Below are positions 47,221-56,107 of a stretch of DNA of 64,000 nucleotides, piece by piece (position 1 is the stretch's first letter; every line of letters starts with the position of its first letter). The notes beneath the pieces are model-generated. The model searched no databases. It saw nothing but the letters and a program-made list of their open reading frames with translations, and had not been told where the DNA came from. Source of the stretch: Candidatus Saccharimonadia bacterium (lineage in GTDB: Bacteria; Patescibacteriota; Saccharimonadia; UBA4664; JBBRNT01). The DNA lies in assembly GCA_038230095.1 (NCBI GenBank), contig JBBRNT010000002.1, forward strand, positions 101,341 to 165,340. The letters are read 5' to 3'. Position numbers and translations under genes: made by a program.

Positions 47221-48480
47221 TTACTTCTTGCCAATCAGTGAGTTCCAGAAGCTGGTAATCTGGTCAAAGAAGCTCGGCGCATTGCCCGGGAGGATTGCTT
47301 TTGCCGTAGCAGTTGGCTTGGGGGCTGTTACTTCCGTTGAGCCAGGCACTGGGCTAATCTGCTTGGCCTGCACAACCAGCCGCTTCCAGCTTGTTCCGGG
47401 TGGCGTACAGGTAATGATAGTCATACTTGGGTCTGTGGTGGGGTTGAGCACACTGAGATCGGTGGGCTCAACTACCTTCACTATGGTGACCTGGTAGACA
47501 TACTTCTTTTGATCGTAATTTACACTAAAGGTGTCGCCTACCACGAGCTTGTCGAGCAAGACAAAGACAAACTTATAATTACCGGGCTCCCACCAGTCGT
47601 TGGAGGAATGACCAAAGATAACACTATTGCCCGGCTGACCTGGGGATGCAGTATTGGCATAGTGCACAACGCCCTTTTCCAGATCTTTCTGAAACAACGC
47701 TTCTTCGTTGCTGGTAGCAAAGATAATGGGTGCTGAGACATTAATCTTAGGAATATTCAGTACTGAGCCGGCCGGTACAGCCTCTACCGCGGCCGCGGGT
47801 GCCGCGGTAGTGATAGGATCGGACTTCTTTGAGGTAAGATAGGTGATCTGGCTAAAAATGACCTGTGAGCGGAATAAGACCAAAAGTAGCAGGAAAGAGC
47901 CAACGGCGATAGCAATGGGCATAATACGCGAGGGTGTACTACTACCGCCCTTGCGGAATGCGGTGGCTTTGGGGGTAGTGGGTACCACGACTGGGCTTGC
48001 TAACACTGGCGGCGCTAGAGGCGTGGCGACAGCGCCAAGCTGTGGAAGTTCGAAAGCTGCAGTCGGTGCAGTGGTGGACGTTGCCGCTGCCTGTGGTGGG
48101 TTCGGCATGACTTGGGGCGTGGGTGCTGGGGGCAGCTGGCTGGTAGCTACAGACGGCGTGTGTAGAGGTTGCGGTAGGGGCGTCGGCAGCAGGGTGGGCA
48201 GTTGCACCTCTGATTGGTGTACCTGTTGGCTCACGCCAGGCATGATCACCGTACTGGCCGCGGGCTGGTACGGCGCGGCGGCGGGTGCAGCTGGGGTGTC
48301 ATGGGGCGTGGACACACTGCCCGGCTGGTGCAGTGCACTATCTGGTAGGCTAGCGATGAGCTTACGGGCGGCCTCGATGGCAGCATTTCCCTGCCCCGGC
48401 GTAGAGGGGTCAGCAGCTAGGTTGGCCCCTAGGGTGCTGTAAGGGGAGATGTCGATGGCGTCGGAGCTGTTCGGTAGCAT
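47221..48480 (-). CDS. Sortase with long Pro-rich N-terminal region
   Basis: IPKINV, GVVHY, GNSVIFGHSS, ITCTPPG, KRL; ATG 48480 chosen because the longer ORF overlaps tRNA-Leu. Confidence 0.88.
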   Translation of the reverse strand: MLPNSSDAIDISPYSTLGANLAADPSTPGQGNAAIEAARKLIASLPDSALHQPGSVSTPHDTPAAPAAAPYQPAASTVIMPGVSQQVHQSEVQLPTLLPTPLPQPLHTPSVATSQLPPAPTPQVMPNPPQAAATSTTAPTAAFELPQLGAVATPLAPPVLASPVVVPTTPKATAFRKGGSSTPSRIMPIAIAVGSFLLLLVLFRSQVIFSQITYLTSKKSDPITTAAPAAAVEAVPAGSVLNIPKINVSAPIIFATSNEEALFQKDLEKGVVHYANTASPGQPGNSVIFGHSSNDWWEPGNYKFVFVLLDKLVVGDTFSVNYDQKKYVYQVTIVKVVEPTDLSVLNPTTDPSMTIITCTPPGTSWKRLVVQAKQISPVPGSTEVTAPKPTATAKAILPGNAPSFFDQITSFWNSLIGKK

Positions 48481-48599
48481 TGTGAAAACCTTCTTCGCTA
48501 TGATAATCTTACGGGAGCGCAAAGCCAAGCCTAACGGTTTTGCGAATGCTCTATTTTGCTTCAATATAGCGTGAAATGCAAGCCTTGTAGTCAATTGAT

Positions 48600-48686
48600 G
48601 CCGCTGTGGTGGAATTGGTAGACACGCGGGACTCAAAATCCCGTACTAGCAATAGTGTGTCGGTTCGACTCCGACCAGCGGTACCA
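48600..48686 (+). tRNA. tRNA-Leu(CAA)
   Basis: GCCGCTG...CGGGA-CTCAAAA-TCCCG, long variable arm, GGTTCGACTCC, CAGCGGT-ACCA. Confidence 0.97.
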
Positions 48687-48700
48687 AGTGATTAGAAGCG

Positions 48701-49783
48701 TTAGTAGCCTGAATTAAGAGCCACGCCCACAGAAAAGGCTATGATAAAGGCAACAGCAATGATGGTAAGTAGGGCGATCAAGGCGCCCTGCTGGCCAGGC
48801 CGCTTAATGGTAGTGAGGCTAAGATTGGTTGGTGTTGCGACAATGGCCGAGTCATGGGCGAGGCGCGAGGCTAGTGGCGCAATCTTGGTAATAAGCTGCT
48901 TGGCGAGATTGAACAGGTGGGTGAGCTCACCAGTAGTGGAAACCAGGCCCGTACAGTAAATGTAGATACGATTGGCCGCAAACTCCACGGTGTAGTGTCT
49001 GGAGCCATCCTCCATGATAGCCATAGTATCTGGGCTAAATATTTGCAGCGCCTCTAGCTCATTGCCGGCGGGGGCGTAGAGCTCGAAGTATTGGTTGAAG
49101 TCCCCTTCAAGGGTTATCTTATTGGTCACGCTGAATGCCTGAGCTAGATCGAGCTCGGCCATAGACTGGTGCTTATTGGCCATGAGCAGGTTTGGGAGGC
49201 TACCGTGAAGATCTAGTTCTATCACCGTGTTGGCATAGCGCCGTTGGTCGCGTCCATGCTCAACCACAAGCTCATAAAGGAACAGACGGAGGTCGTTGCC
49301 ACCGTAGGTGCCAGAAACTACGTCGGAGACTTGTTGTACGCCGGGCAGCCGGAAGATAGTGCCGTAGGTTTCATCGACAGCGCCCGTCTGGGCAAATGTA
49401 TAGCCGTTGGCCGTAGCAAATTGCTGGAGAAAAGCATCCTCGAATTGTTTACGAAGGCGGTAGAACCAGGCGGACATGGCTAGCCATGGAGCAATGAGAA
49501 TGTAGGCCAGCCCCTTGCCACCTGATGAGCTATGGCTTGAGTCCTGGAAGTAGGCCAGCATAATGACGACTACTACGACTTCCCAGATGATAACTACTGG
49601 TGCTAGCAGGATGATCTGCCGGAGCTTATGCGTCTTAATGTACTGCCACAAGCTACGGTTAACATCATCAATTTGGATGTCCAGGCTATCTGGGCTGGCA
49701 CCACTGGCTGGTGGCGGCGGGGCTATGGGTGCCGGCGGTAGGCTCACTGGGGAAGCTGGTGGAGTGGGGCTGATGGGTGGCAT
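48701..49783 (-). CDS. Hypothetical membrane protein (DUF3137-like soluble domain)
   Basis: Two N-terminal TMs, LEGDFNQYFELY...ALQIFSPD, C-terminal TM. Confidence 0.75.
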   Translation of the reverse strand: MPPISPTPPASPVSLPPAPIAPPPPASGASPDSLDIQIDDVNRSLWQYIKTHKLRQIILLAPVVIIWEVVVVVIMLAYFQDSSHSSSGGKGLAYILIAPWLAMSAWFYRLRKQFEDAFLQQFATANGYTFAQTGAVDETYGTIFRLPGVQQVSDVVSGTYGGNDLRLFLYELVVEHGRDQRRYANTVIELDLHGSLPNLLMANKHQSMAELDLAQAFSVTNKITLEGDFNQYFELYAPAGNELEALQIFSPDTMAIMEDGSRHYTVEFAANRIYIYCTGLVSTTGELTHLFNLAKQLITKIAPLASRLAHDSAIVATPTNLSLTTIKRPGQQGALIALLTIIAVAFIIAFSVGVALNSGY

Positions 49784-49831
49784 GGTGGTGTCGCTTATAC
49801 ACCAACTCTAGCATAAGCAGTGAGCCGTAGC

Positions 49832-50722
49832 CTAGAAGCTTTCATCGTCGATGGTACGGAGCGCGCGGGCGATGGCCATCTCGAAATTAGTGGTCACATG
49901 GGCCTCACTGTCCTCGGCTAGATACTGCATGGCCATGGCCGCTAGGTAGCAGGCTGAAACCATTGCTTCCTGGCGCTTTCCGGGGTTCTGGGTAAGAAGT
50001 GAAGCCACTACACCAGCAAAGCCCGGGGTGAGATCGCTGGCATTGCCGGTAATAGTGGTGACGGTAGTCTCCCCCGCCTCCACACAGATAAGCTCTGGGC
50101 CAGTCACCACCAGGCTTCCAAGCCCAGCGGCGGCTACGTCCGAGACAATCTGGACCTTGTTGCGGAGGCCGCCGTCGGCGGTAATCTGGATGCCCACACC
50201 GAGCTTACCCGCTAGCTTGAACAGCTCCGGCATAGTGCACACCACAGTTGTGAGCGGTCGTTCGCTCATGGCCCGTACGCTGGAGCCGAGGCCTACTAAT
50301 CCATCTCCGGTAATTACCATGGGTAGCTCCGATTTCTGCAGTAGCGACTCAAGAAGCAGCGTTGTCTCGCTGTTGTGGCCGGCAGAGGGGCCAATAAGCG
50401 CGGTATCGTAGCTCGCTAAGAGCCCCAGTAGTTCCCCGAGCGATATCTTGGCCAGCACCCCACCATGGCCACTGGCTACAAACTCCCCGGTGCCTGAGGG
50501 CCCTACCAGTCGTACCAAACTGTCTGGGAGTGCAACGCGGCACTCTCCAATGCCCGCAGCGGTGGCTAGTGCGTACGCAGCCTGGATCTCCCCTACGTAG
50601 TCACGCCGCCCACCAATGATTAGTAGCCGACCGGCGCCGTGTCGGCTGATTGGGCGATTATAGAGCAGTTTGGGGAAACGTGGCTCCCCGACCTGTTGTT
50701 TGGTATAGGAAATTGGTTGCAT
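49832..50722 (-). CDS. Divergent NAD(P)HX dehydratase-like (YjeF-C/NnrD fold) protein
   Basis: GRLLIIGG, AGIG, LIGP; catalytic motifs look degenerate. Confidence 0.65.
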   Translation of the reverse strand: MQPISYTKQQVGEPRFPKLLYNRPISRHGAGRLLIIGGRRDYVGEIQAAYALATAAGIGECRVALPDSLVRLVGPSGTGEFVASGHGGVLAKISLGELLGLLASYDTALIGPSAGHNSETTLLLESLLQKSELPMVITGDGLVGLGSSVRAMSERPLTTVVCTMPELFKLAGKLGVGIQITADGGLRNKVQIVSDVAAAGLGSLVVTGPELICVEAGETTVTTITGNASDLTPGFAGVVASLLTQNPGKRQEAMVSACYLAAMAMQYLAEDSEAHVTTNFEMAIARALRTIDDESF

Positions 50723-50823
50723 TTAGCCGTTAGTGTAGCGGTTTTTGCGCTTCCTGGCCACTCCTGGGCTTGACCGCACCGGGCCTACACCAGTAGTATT
50801 CGAGCATAACAGGATTATAAAAC

Positions 50824-51219
50824 GTGGACGAAAAAACCTTAGAAGCAATTCACCGATTGCTAACCGAAATGACCGAAACGCGCGGCAAACTAAAGGCTAT
50901 GAATCTGGATCTGAAAGACGTCATGGAGCAGAATGATGAGTACCGCAAGCTTCAGGATGAGCTCAAGGAATTGACGGTGAAGCGGGCTTCGGCTAAGAAG
51001 CTGCTCGAGGCTGATAAGGACTATCAAGTGATTGCTGGCGAGGTAGAAGAGCTGAAGTTTAAGCTGAAGGATCTATCCGAGATCCTTAGTCACCATCTGG
51101 TCACCTACTACAACGAGACCCATCAAACCGAGATTAAGGATAACGATGGCGAGGTACGCGCCGTTATTATCTCCGCAAAGATTGGTAAGCCAGAGGCTGG
51201 CATTCCGCCACAGGCGTAG
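50824..51219 (+). CDS. Hypothetical coiled-coil protein
   Basis: AGGA upstream; charged heptad pattern; terminator downstream. Confidence 0.8.
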   Translation: MDEKTLEAIHRLLTEMTETRGKLKAMNLDLKDVMEQNDEYRKLQDELKELTVKRASAKKLLEADKDYQVIAGEVEELKFKLKDLSEILSHHLVTYYNETHQTEIKDNDGEVRAVIISAKIGKPEAGIPPQA

Positions 51220-51231
51220 GGTAATTTTTGT

Positions 51232-51409
51232 AAAAGGCCCCCTTGGGGGTCTTTTAGTTTCTGGTGAGAGCGACGAAGACATTCTTCATTCGTTGCACTC
51301 ATTTCAGCTATGCTCGCCTAGGCTAGCCCCCCCCGGTATCCTCGCTTTCATCCCTACTTTTGGCAAATGAGCAAAAGTAGACAAAACTCTTGTCTATAGC
51401 GAACTACTC
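51232..51409. repeat. Dispersed structured repeat, copy B (includes terminator 51232-51255)
   Basis: Colinear with 35399-35569. Confidence 0.85.
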
Positions 51410-51461
51410 GTCGAATCGGTACATAGAATTGGCGGGTGGCACAAGCTGGCGCAGCAAAAGA

Positions 51462-52154
51462 CTACTTGGGCGAGGTGGTTTGTTTTATCTTTTGACTGCT
51501 ATCTATATTGCAACCCGCCCATAGGCCCTTGTTCTGTACGCGAGCCGTAGTCTCGGCGGAGCGGAAATCGTCAATTTTGGTATATGGAAATACCACATAA
51601 GCAAAGCCATAGCCCTCTTGGATCAGCTTCAAATTATAGTTTGTACCGTCGAGTAGGACAATGTAGCGCAGCAATCGGCCGTACTTGTCTCGATCAGAGT
51701 CCTGGGGGTCGGCCTCGAGGCGAATGGTTTGGCCGGTGAGCTGGTCATGGGTGTAGGCGGCGGCGGCTACCCCAAAGCACTGTACCGGCTTACGTGGGTC
51801 GTGGGTCTCGGGAGTATCGACGCCAATAAACCGGACTCGCTCAATGGCTCCAGTGGAGGTACGAACGTCGATGGTATCGCCATCGATAGTACGGGCCACG
51901 GTGTAGAGCGCCGGGCTCGCCGGGATAGCCGTTTTGTCCATGAGTGCGGTATTGCTGTCGGTCTGGGGGTTGCTGTCAGGTGTGGCGGCCGGCTTCTGGG
52001 TGTGGGTGCTACCGAGGTTGGGTACCTTGGTGGTACGGACCACCACTATTCCCAGCCCAAGGGTGAGAGCCACCAGCCCGGCGATGGTAACGCGAACAGC
52101 TGGCCGCACGCGGCCAAGGGGTTGGTTGCCTTTTCTCGGTGTTTCTTCTTGCAT
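51462..52154 (-). CDS. Thermonuclease (SNase) family protein, membrane-anchored
   Basis: IDGDTI, RVRFIGVDTPE, DKYGRLLRY, KGLW. Confidence 0.94.
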   Translation of the reverse strand: MQEETPRKGNQPLGRVRPAVRVTIAGLVALTLGLGIVVVRTTKVPNLGSTHTQKPAATPDSNPQTDSNTALMDKTAIPASPALYTVARTIDGDTIDVRTSTGAIERVRFIGVDTPETHDPRKPVQCFGVAAAAYTHDQLTGQTIRLEADPQDSDRDKYGRLLRYIVLLDGTNYNLKLIQEGYGFAYVVFPYTKIDDFRSAETTARVQNKGLWAGCNIDSSQKIKQTTSPK

Positions 52155-52205
52155 GGGAGCATTATACCCGTACAAACGCCGTTATGCACCTGGTACTATG
52201 GTGGT

Positions 52206-53234
52206 ATGCGTGTTAGCGACTATGACTACAACCTGCCCGAGGACCGAATTGCCACTCGCCCACCGGCTGTCCGTGGTACCACCCGTCTGCTGGTGCTCGA
52301 CAAGACGGCGGGTAGTACAGAGGACCGGCACTATACGGACTTAATTGACTACCTGGGCGCGGGCGATGTGCTGGTGCTGAACGACACTCGTGTCATTCCG
52401 GCGCGTTTGGAGGTGTTCACTGCCGCGGGTGCCAAGCGAGAGATTCTAGTGCTAGAGAAACACCATGATACCAATACGCACGAGATGCGGGTTATGTATA
52501 GGGGGACGCTTAGGGCTGGTGATGTGCTAAAAGTACATGATCAGACCATTGCTGTCACAAGTGTGCTTGAGGGCGGCCTGGCCATGGTGCGGTCAGATAG
52601 TGATCTATACCAGTTAGCCACGAAGTACGGCCAGGTTCCCCTGCCGCCGTATATGCACCGTGAGGCCGACCAGTCGGACGCAGAACGTTACCAGACTATG
52701 TTCGCCCAGGAACAGGGCTCGGTGGCTGCACCGACCGCCTCACTGAACCTTACCCAGCAGCTTCTGCAACAGATTAAGGCCAAAGGGGTCATTATCCAGT
52801 ACCTGACACTGCACGTGGGGCTGGGGACATTTCTGCCGATTCGTTCGGACGAAGTGGAGGGCCACACTATGCACCAGGAGTACTTTGAGATTCCGGTTGA
52901 GACGGTGGCGGCGATCCGGCAGGCTCGGAAGACGGGAAAGAAAGTGACGGCCGTAGGGACTACTGTCACTCGCACGTTGGAGTATGCTGCTAGCCAGATT
53001 CTATCTCAGGACGGCCCCACACAGCTCGCCGGGGAGGCAGACATCTATATTTACCCAGGGTACCAATTCCAGATAATTGACCAGCTAGTGACGAACTTCC
53101 ATGCGCCACGCTCAACTGTACTCATGCTAACTGCGGCCTTTGCAGGCTGGGACTATCTGAAGCCAGCGTATGACCAGGCTATTGCTGGGCGGTATAGCAT
53201 GCTGTCGTATGGCGACAGCATGCTTATTCACTGA
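52206..53234 (+). CDS. queA: S-adenosylmethionine:tRNA ribosyltransferase-isomerase
   Basis: DYDYNLPEDRIA, NDTRVIPAR, PLPPY, GSVAAPTA, LHVGLGTF, TNFH.P.S, SYGD; true start 52206. Confidence 0.96.
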   Translation: MRVSDYDYNLPEDRIATRPPAVRGTTRLLVLDKTAGSTEDRHYTDLIDYLGAGDVLVLNDTRVIPARLEVFTAAGAKREILVLEKHHDTNTHEMRVMYRGTLRAGDVLKVHDQTIAVTSVLEGGLAMVRSDSDLYQLATKYGQVPLPPYMHREADQSDAERYQTMFAQEQGSVAAPTASLNLTQQLLQQIKAKGVIIQYLTLHVGLGTFLPIRSDEVEGHTMHQEYFEIPVETVAAIRQARKTGKKVTAVGTTVTRTLEYAASQILSQDGPTQLAGEADIYIYPGYQFQIIDQLVTNFHAPRSTVLMLTAAFAGWDYLKPAYDQAIAGRYSMLSYGDSMLIH

Positions 53235-53343
53235 CGGCCATCCCGGCCGCTAATCTAGTATTTCCCACAAATTATTGCAGAACATAAGCATTAATGATAA
53301 TGGCTCTACGGAGCTATTATTCTAAAACATAACCAATAAATAC

Positions 53344-53372
53344 TTGACATTATAACGCTTATGGTGTAATAT
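53344..53372 (+). promoter_or_regulatory. Sigma70 promoter
   Basis: TTGACA(53344-53349)-17 bp-TAATAT(53367-53372). Confidence 0.7.
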
Positions 53373-53466
53373 ATGCGCTTATGCACGGAAACTGGTCATT
53401 TTGGTTATGTTTCCTGCCTATTATTTAAGAGAAAGGTTTGCATTCGGGCGGACTTCTTACCAATGA

Positions 53467-54081
53467 ATGCGTAACATCCCACAATTGCTTGCTACAGCCA
53501 TACTGCTAGTGAGCCAGGTGACCAACTCCTTTGCCATAGCCGTCACCGCGCAGTCGAGCGTAACAACGCTTCCTGCTGGCAACAATCAAACGAAAATTGT
53601 TCTCAATCTGGCAAGTCCAGATGCCCTGTCCACGACCTACATCAAACCAAATATTGAAACCGAAATGCTCACCCCTATCCATGAGTACCAGGCTGAGCAG
53701 GCTCGCCTGGCCGCTGAAGCGGCTGCCAAGGCAGCAGCTGCCGCCGCCGCTGCGAAAGCCGCCGCAATTGCCAAGGCCAAGCTTGCTCCTAAGCCAGCCG
53801 CCGCTCCCTTTACCGGCCAGTCGATCGGCCAAGCCCAGATCCAGTTCTTGGGTCTGTGCGAGTCTGGTATGACCTGGAACCGTAATAGCGGCAACGGCTT
53901 CTACGGTGCCTTCCAGTTCACTATCGGTACCTGGAACGCTATGCAGACTGGCTACGCGCGGGCCGATATGGCTCCGCTGGATGTCCAGGTAAGCGCTGTA
54001 CAGAAGCTGCTATCTCATAGCTCTATCTACAGCCAGTTCCCGGGCTGTGCCCGTCAGATGGCTGCCAAAGGCCTAATCTAG
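53467..54081 (+). CDS. Secreted Rpf-type (resuscitation-promoting factor) lytic transglycosylase
   Basis: Signal peptide, Ala-rich linker, CESG..W.RNSGNGFYGAFQF...TW...Q...A...FPGC. Confidence 0.9.
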   Translation: MRNIPQLLATAILLVSQVTNSFAIAVTAQSSVTTLPAGNNQTKIVLNLASPDALSTTYIKPNIETEMLTPIHEYQAEQARLAAEAAAKAAAAAAAAKAAAIAKAKLAPKPAAAPFTGQSIGQAQIQFLGLCESGMTWNRNSGNGFYGAFQFTIGTWNAMQTGYARADMAPLDVQVSAVQKLLSHSSIYSQFPGCARQMAAKGLI

Positions 54082-54103
54082 ACAGCACGTTCCTGATCTC
54101 CCT

Positions 54104-54131
54104 AAAATGACCCACGAAAGTGGGTCATTTT
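54104..54131 (+). terminator. Intrinsic terminator
   Basis: AAAATGACCCAC-GAAA-GTGGGTCATTTT. Confidence 0.85.
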
Positions 54132-54185
54132 GGTTTACCAGCCGAAAATTCAGCGTATTATAGGGATAAATAAGGGAGAATTGCC

Positions 54186-54455
54186 ATGTTTGGAGGATTA
54201 GTTGGAACCGCACTTTTGCTCGTAGTCTTGTACTGGGTTGTTCTCGGAGCGATTATTGGCTGGGTTGCAGGCAGTCTTATGCATAGCCACCGAGGCTTCC
54301 TGGGCAACGCTGTTATTGGTATCGTGGGGAGCATTATTGGTGGAATCATTGGCCGCCTACTGGGACTTGGCGGCGGCATTGTGGGCCTAATACTGGCCGT
54401 TGTAGGCGCTATGATCTTGATCGCACTGCTACGCGGTAGCGCCCACAGCCATTAG
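54186..54455 (+). CDS. GlsB/YeaQ/YmgE (transglycosylase-associated) membrane protein
   Basis: GAIIGWVA...GFLGNAVIGIVGSIIGG...AVVGAMILI; AAGGGAG RBS. Confidence 0.9.
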   Translation: MFGGLVGTALLLVVLYWVVLGAIIGWVAGSLMHSHRGFLGNAVIGIVGSIIGGIIGRLLGLGGGIVGLILAVVGAMILIALLRGSAHSH

Positions 54456-55201
54456 GCGTCTGGGTTCTCTGCCGCTAGACTTGCCTGCCGGTACTGGCAA
54501 TACTCACAATCGGCTGTATAGGGTGGTAGCTCGTCGCTCATGAGGGTCTTGTGAGCATTCACGACGGTCAGCTCCACCCAAGTGTCGTCGCCGGTGTAGG
54601 GCAGAAGACTCATCTTAAATTCTAGGGTGCCCTTGAAGGCGTCTAGGTCCGTACGACCATTGGCGTAGACGAAGAAGGCGGTATCGTTGACGGTAAAGCC
54701 ATTACCGCGCAGTAGGTACTGGTAGATCTCCATCTGGCGCTTATAGCCGTCCTTCCACTGGTCGTCTAGGCTGACCTCACCATCCTTACTGGTGGATTTG
54801 TAGTCCACCACAATGAGTTCTCCGTTGGGGAGCACCCAGAGGTCGTCGACAGCACCAAACAGCAGGAAATTAGTGGCTTGGTGTTGGTACTGCACACCGG
54901 TGAAGTTGTGGCGCCACTTGTCTAGATCGGCGTGCTGGAACGGTACCGCATCTAGGCCCGCCTGGGTCATGAAGGGGTGGGGCTTGCCAGCAGCGCGATA
55001 GGTATCAAACTCTTTCTTGAGTAGGGTGTCTACCGCACTATTTAGGGTATAGCCTGGTATGCTAGGCTGCCCGACGCCCAGCCGCCGGTCTAGATAGAAG
55101 CAGCGGGCGCAGCGGGTGAAGTTCTCCAGCTTGGACCGGCTTAGCTTGAAGGGCTGGGTGGACTGGGGATCAAATATGTTGCTTTGTCGCGTAATAGCCA
55201 T
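54452..55201 (-). CDS. PD-(D/E)XK nuclease (Cas4/AddB-like)
   Basis: LSRSKL...CARCF; GAVDD, VDYKST, QMEIY; C-terminal CEYC. Confidence 0.88.
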   Translation of the reverse strand: MAITRQSNIFDPQSTQPFKLSRSKLENFTRCARCFYLDRRLGVGQPSIPGYTLNSAVDTLLKKEFDTYRAAGKPHPFMTQAGLDAVPFQHADLDKWRHNFTGVQYQHQATNFLLFGAVDDLWVLPNGELIVVDYKSTSKDGEVSLDDQWKDGYKRQMEIYQYLLRGNGFTVNDTAFFVYANGRTDLDAFKGTLEFKMSLLPYTGDDTWVELTVVNAHKTLMSDELPPYTADCEYCQYRQASLAAENPDA

Positions 55202-55219
55202 TGGGGCTAGTTTAGCAGA

Positions 55220-56029
55220 TTACTGGGGCTGAGGAACGGGGATAAAGCCGGTAAGGGCATCGGTAATAGCCTGCTTGACCTCTAGGCGGGTGGTGGTAGA
55301 GGGCTGGTCGCCGAATTGCTTACCATAGTCGCCAAAATCGGCATGGTCGGCGCCGGGTATGACCAGGTAGAGGGCGCTGGGTGGGTTGAGGTGCTTGGCG
55401 GCCTGGATCTTGGCTGGGGTGGACAGGCCGTCTTGAGATCCGCCCAGGCTCAGGACAGGGAGAGTGGTGCCGGAAATGTCACCGGAGCAATAGCTGCCAA
55501 AGAAGAACAGGCCGCTGAGCTGGCTTACGTGGTCCTTGGCATACATACAGGCGACGACGCCGCCGAGTGAGTGTCCGCCGACGTACCAGCGCTTCACCCC
55601 GGTGTGGGCGGCGATAATCCGGCCGGCAGCGCCAGGATCGAATATGGCGAACTGGAGCGGTGACTTAACGACAAAAACCGTGACGCCACGCACAGCCTGC
55701 GGTGCAAGCTTGGCCAGGTAGGCATTGCTGGCCACATGGGCGCCCGGATAGAAGATAAGGGCCTGATCAGTGGTACTGGCACCGTTGTTGGAAAGCTGGT
55801 AGTACTCGGTGGTTTCTTCGAGCGTTAGACCGGGCACGGCCTTGGCCTCGGTCAGCGACTCGGCTGTTGCGCGCGAAGGAAACAGCATCCACGTGAGGAT
55901 GGTAGCGAAGGCAATAATGACAAGCAGGAGAACGCTCCACCCAATATAGTAGATGGTAGAGTGCTTGCGCGTGTAGACATCCATAGATTGGTTCCTGATC
56001 TGGGTGTGGTGCGTCTGAAGGCTGTGCAT
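55220..56029 (-). CDS. Membrane-anchored alpha/beta hydrolase
   Basis: FYPGA, GGHSLGG, GSQDG, GADHADFGDYG; -10 TATACT 6 nt before ATG 56029. Confidence 0.88.
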   Translation of the reverse strand: MHSLQTHHTQIRNQSMDVYTRKHSTIYYIGWSVLLLVIIAFATILTWMLFPSRATAESLTEAKAVPGLTLEETTEYYQLSNNGASTTDQALIFYPGAHVASNAYLAKLAPQAVRGVTVFVVKSPLQFAIFDPGAAGRIIAAHTGVKRWYVGGHSLGGVVACMYAKDHVSQLSGLFFFGSYCSGDISGTTLPVLSLGGSQDGLSTPAKIQAAKHLNPPSALYLVIPGADHADFGDYGKQFGDQPSTTTRLEVKQAITDALTGFIPVPQPQ

Positions 56030-56107
56030 AGGTGCAGTATACGCGCGCACCCGCGACTGAGCTAGGCGCTGCAATACAATGGACGGCCATTCTGGTACAA
56101 TGCTTCG

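Noticed and set aside
51729-52205. N-terminal extension of QueA (501-aa ORF)
   Set aside because: It is antisense to the thermonuclease gene; QueA homology and the -10 element indicate a start at 52206
53373-53466. c-di-AMP (ydaO) riboswitch before rpf
   Set aside because: Leader is only about 90 nt and lacks the conserved GCUGAA/GGAAC/GGGG elements
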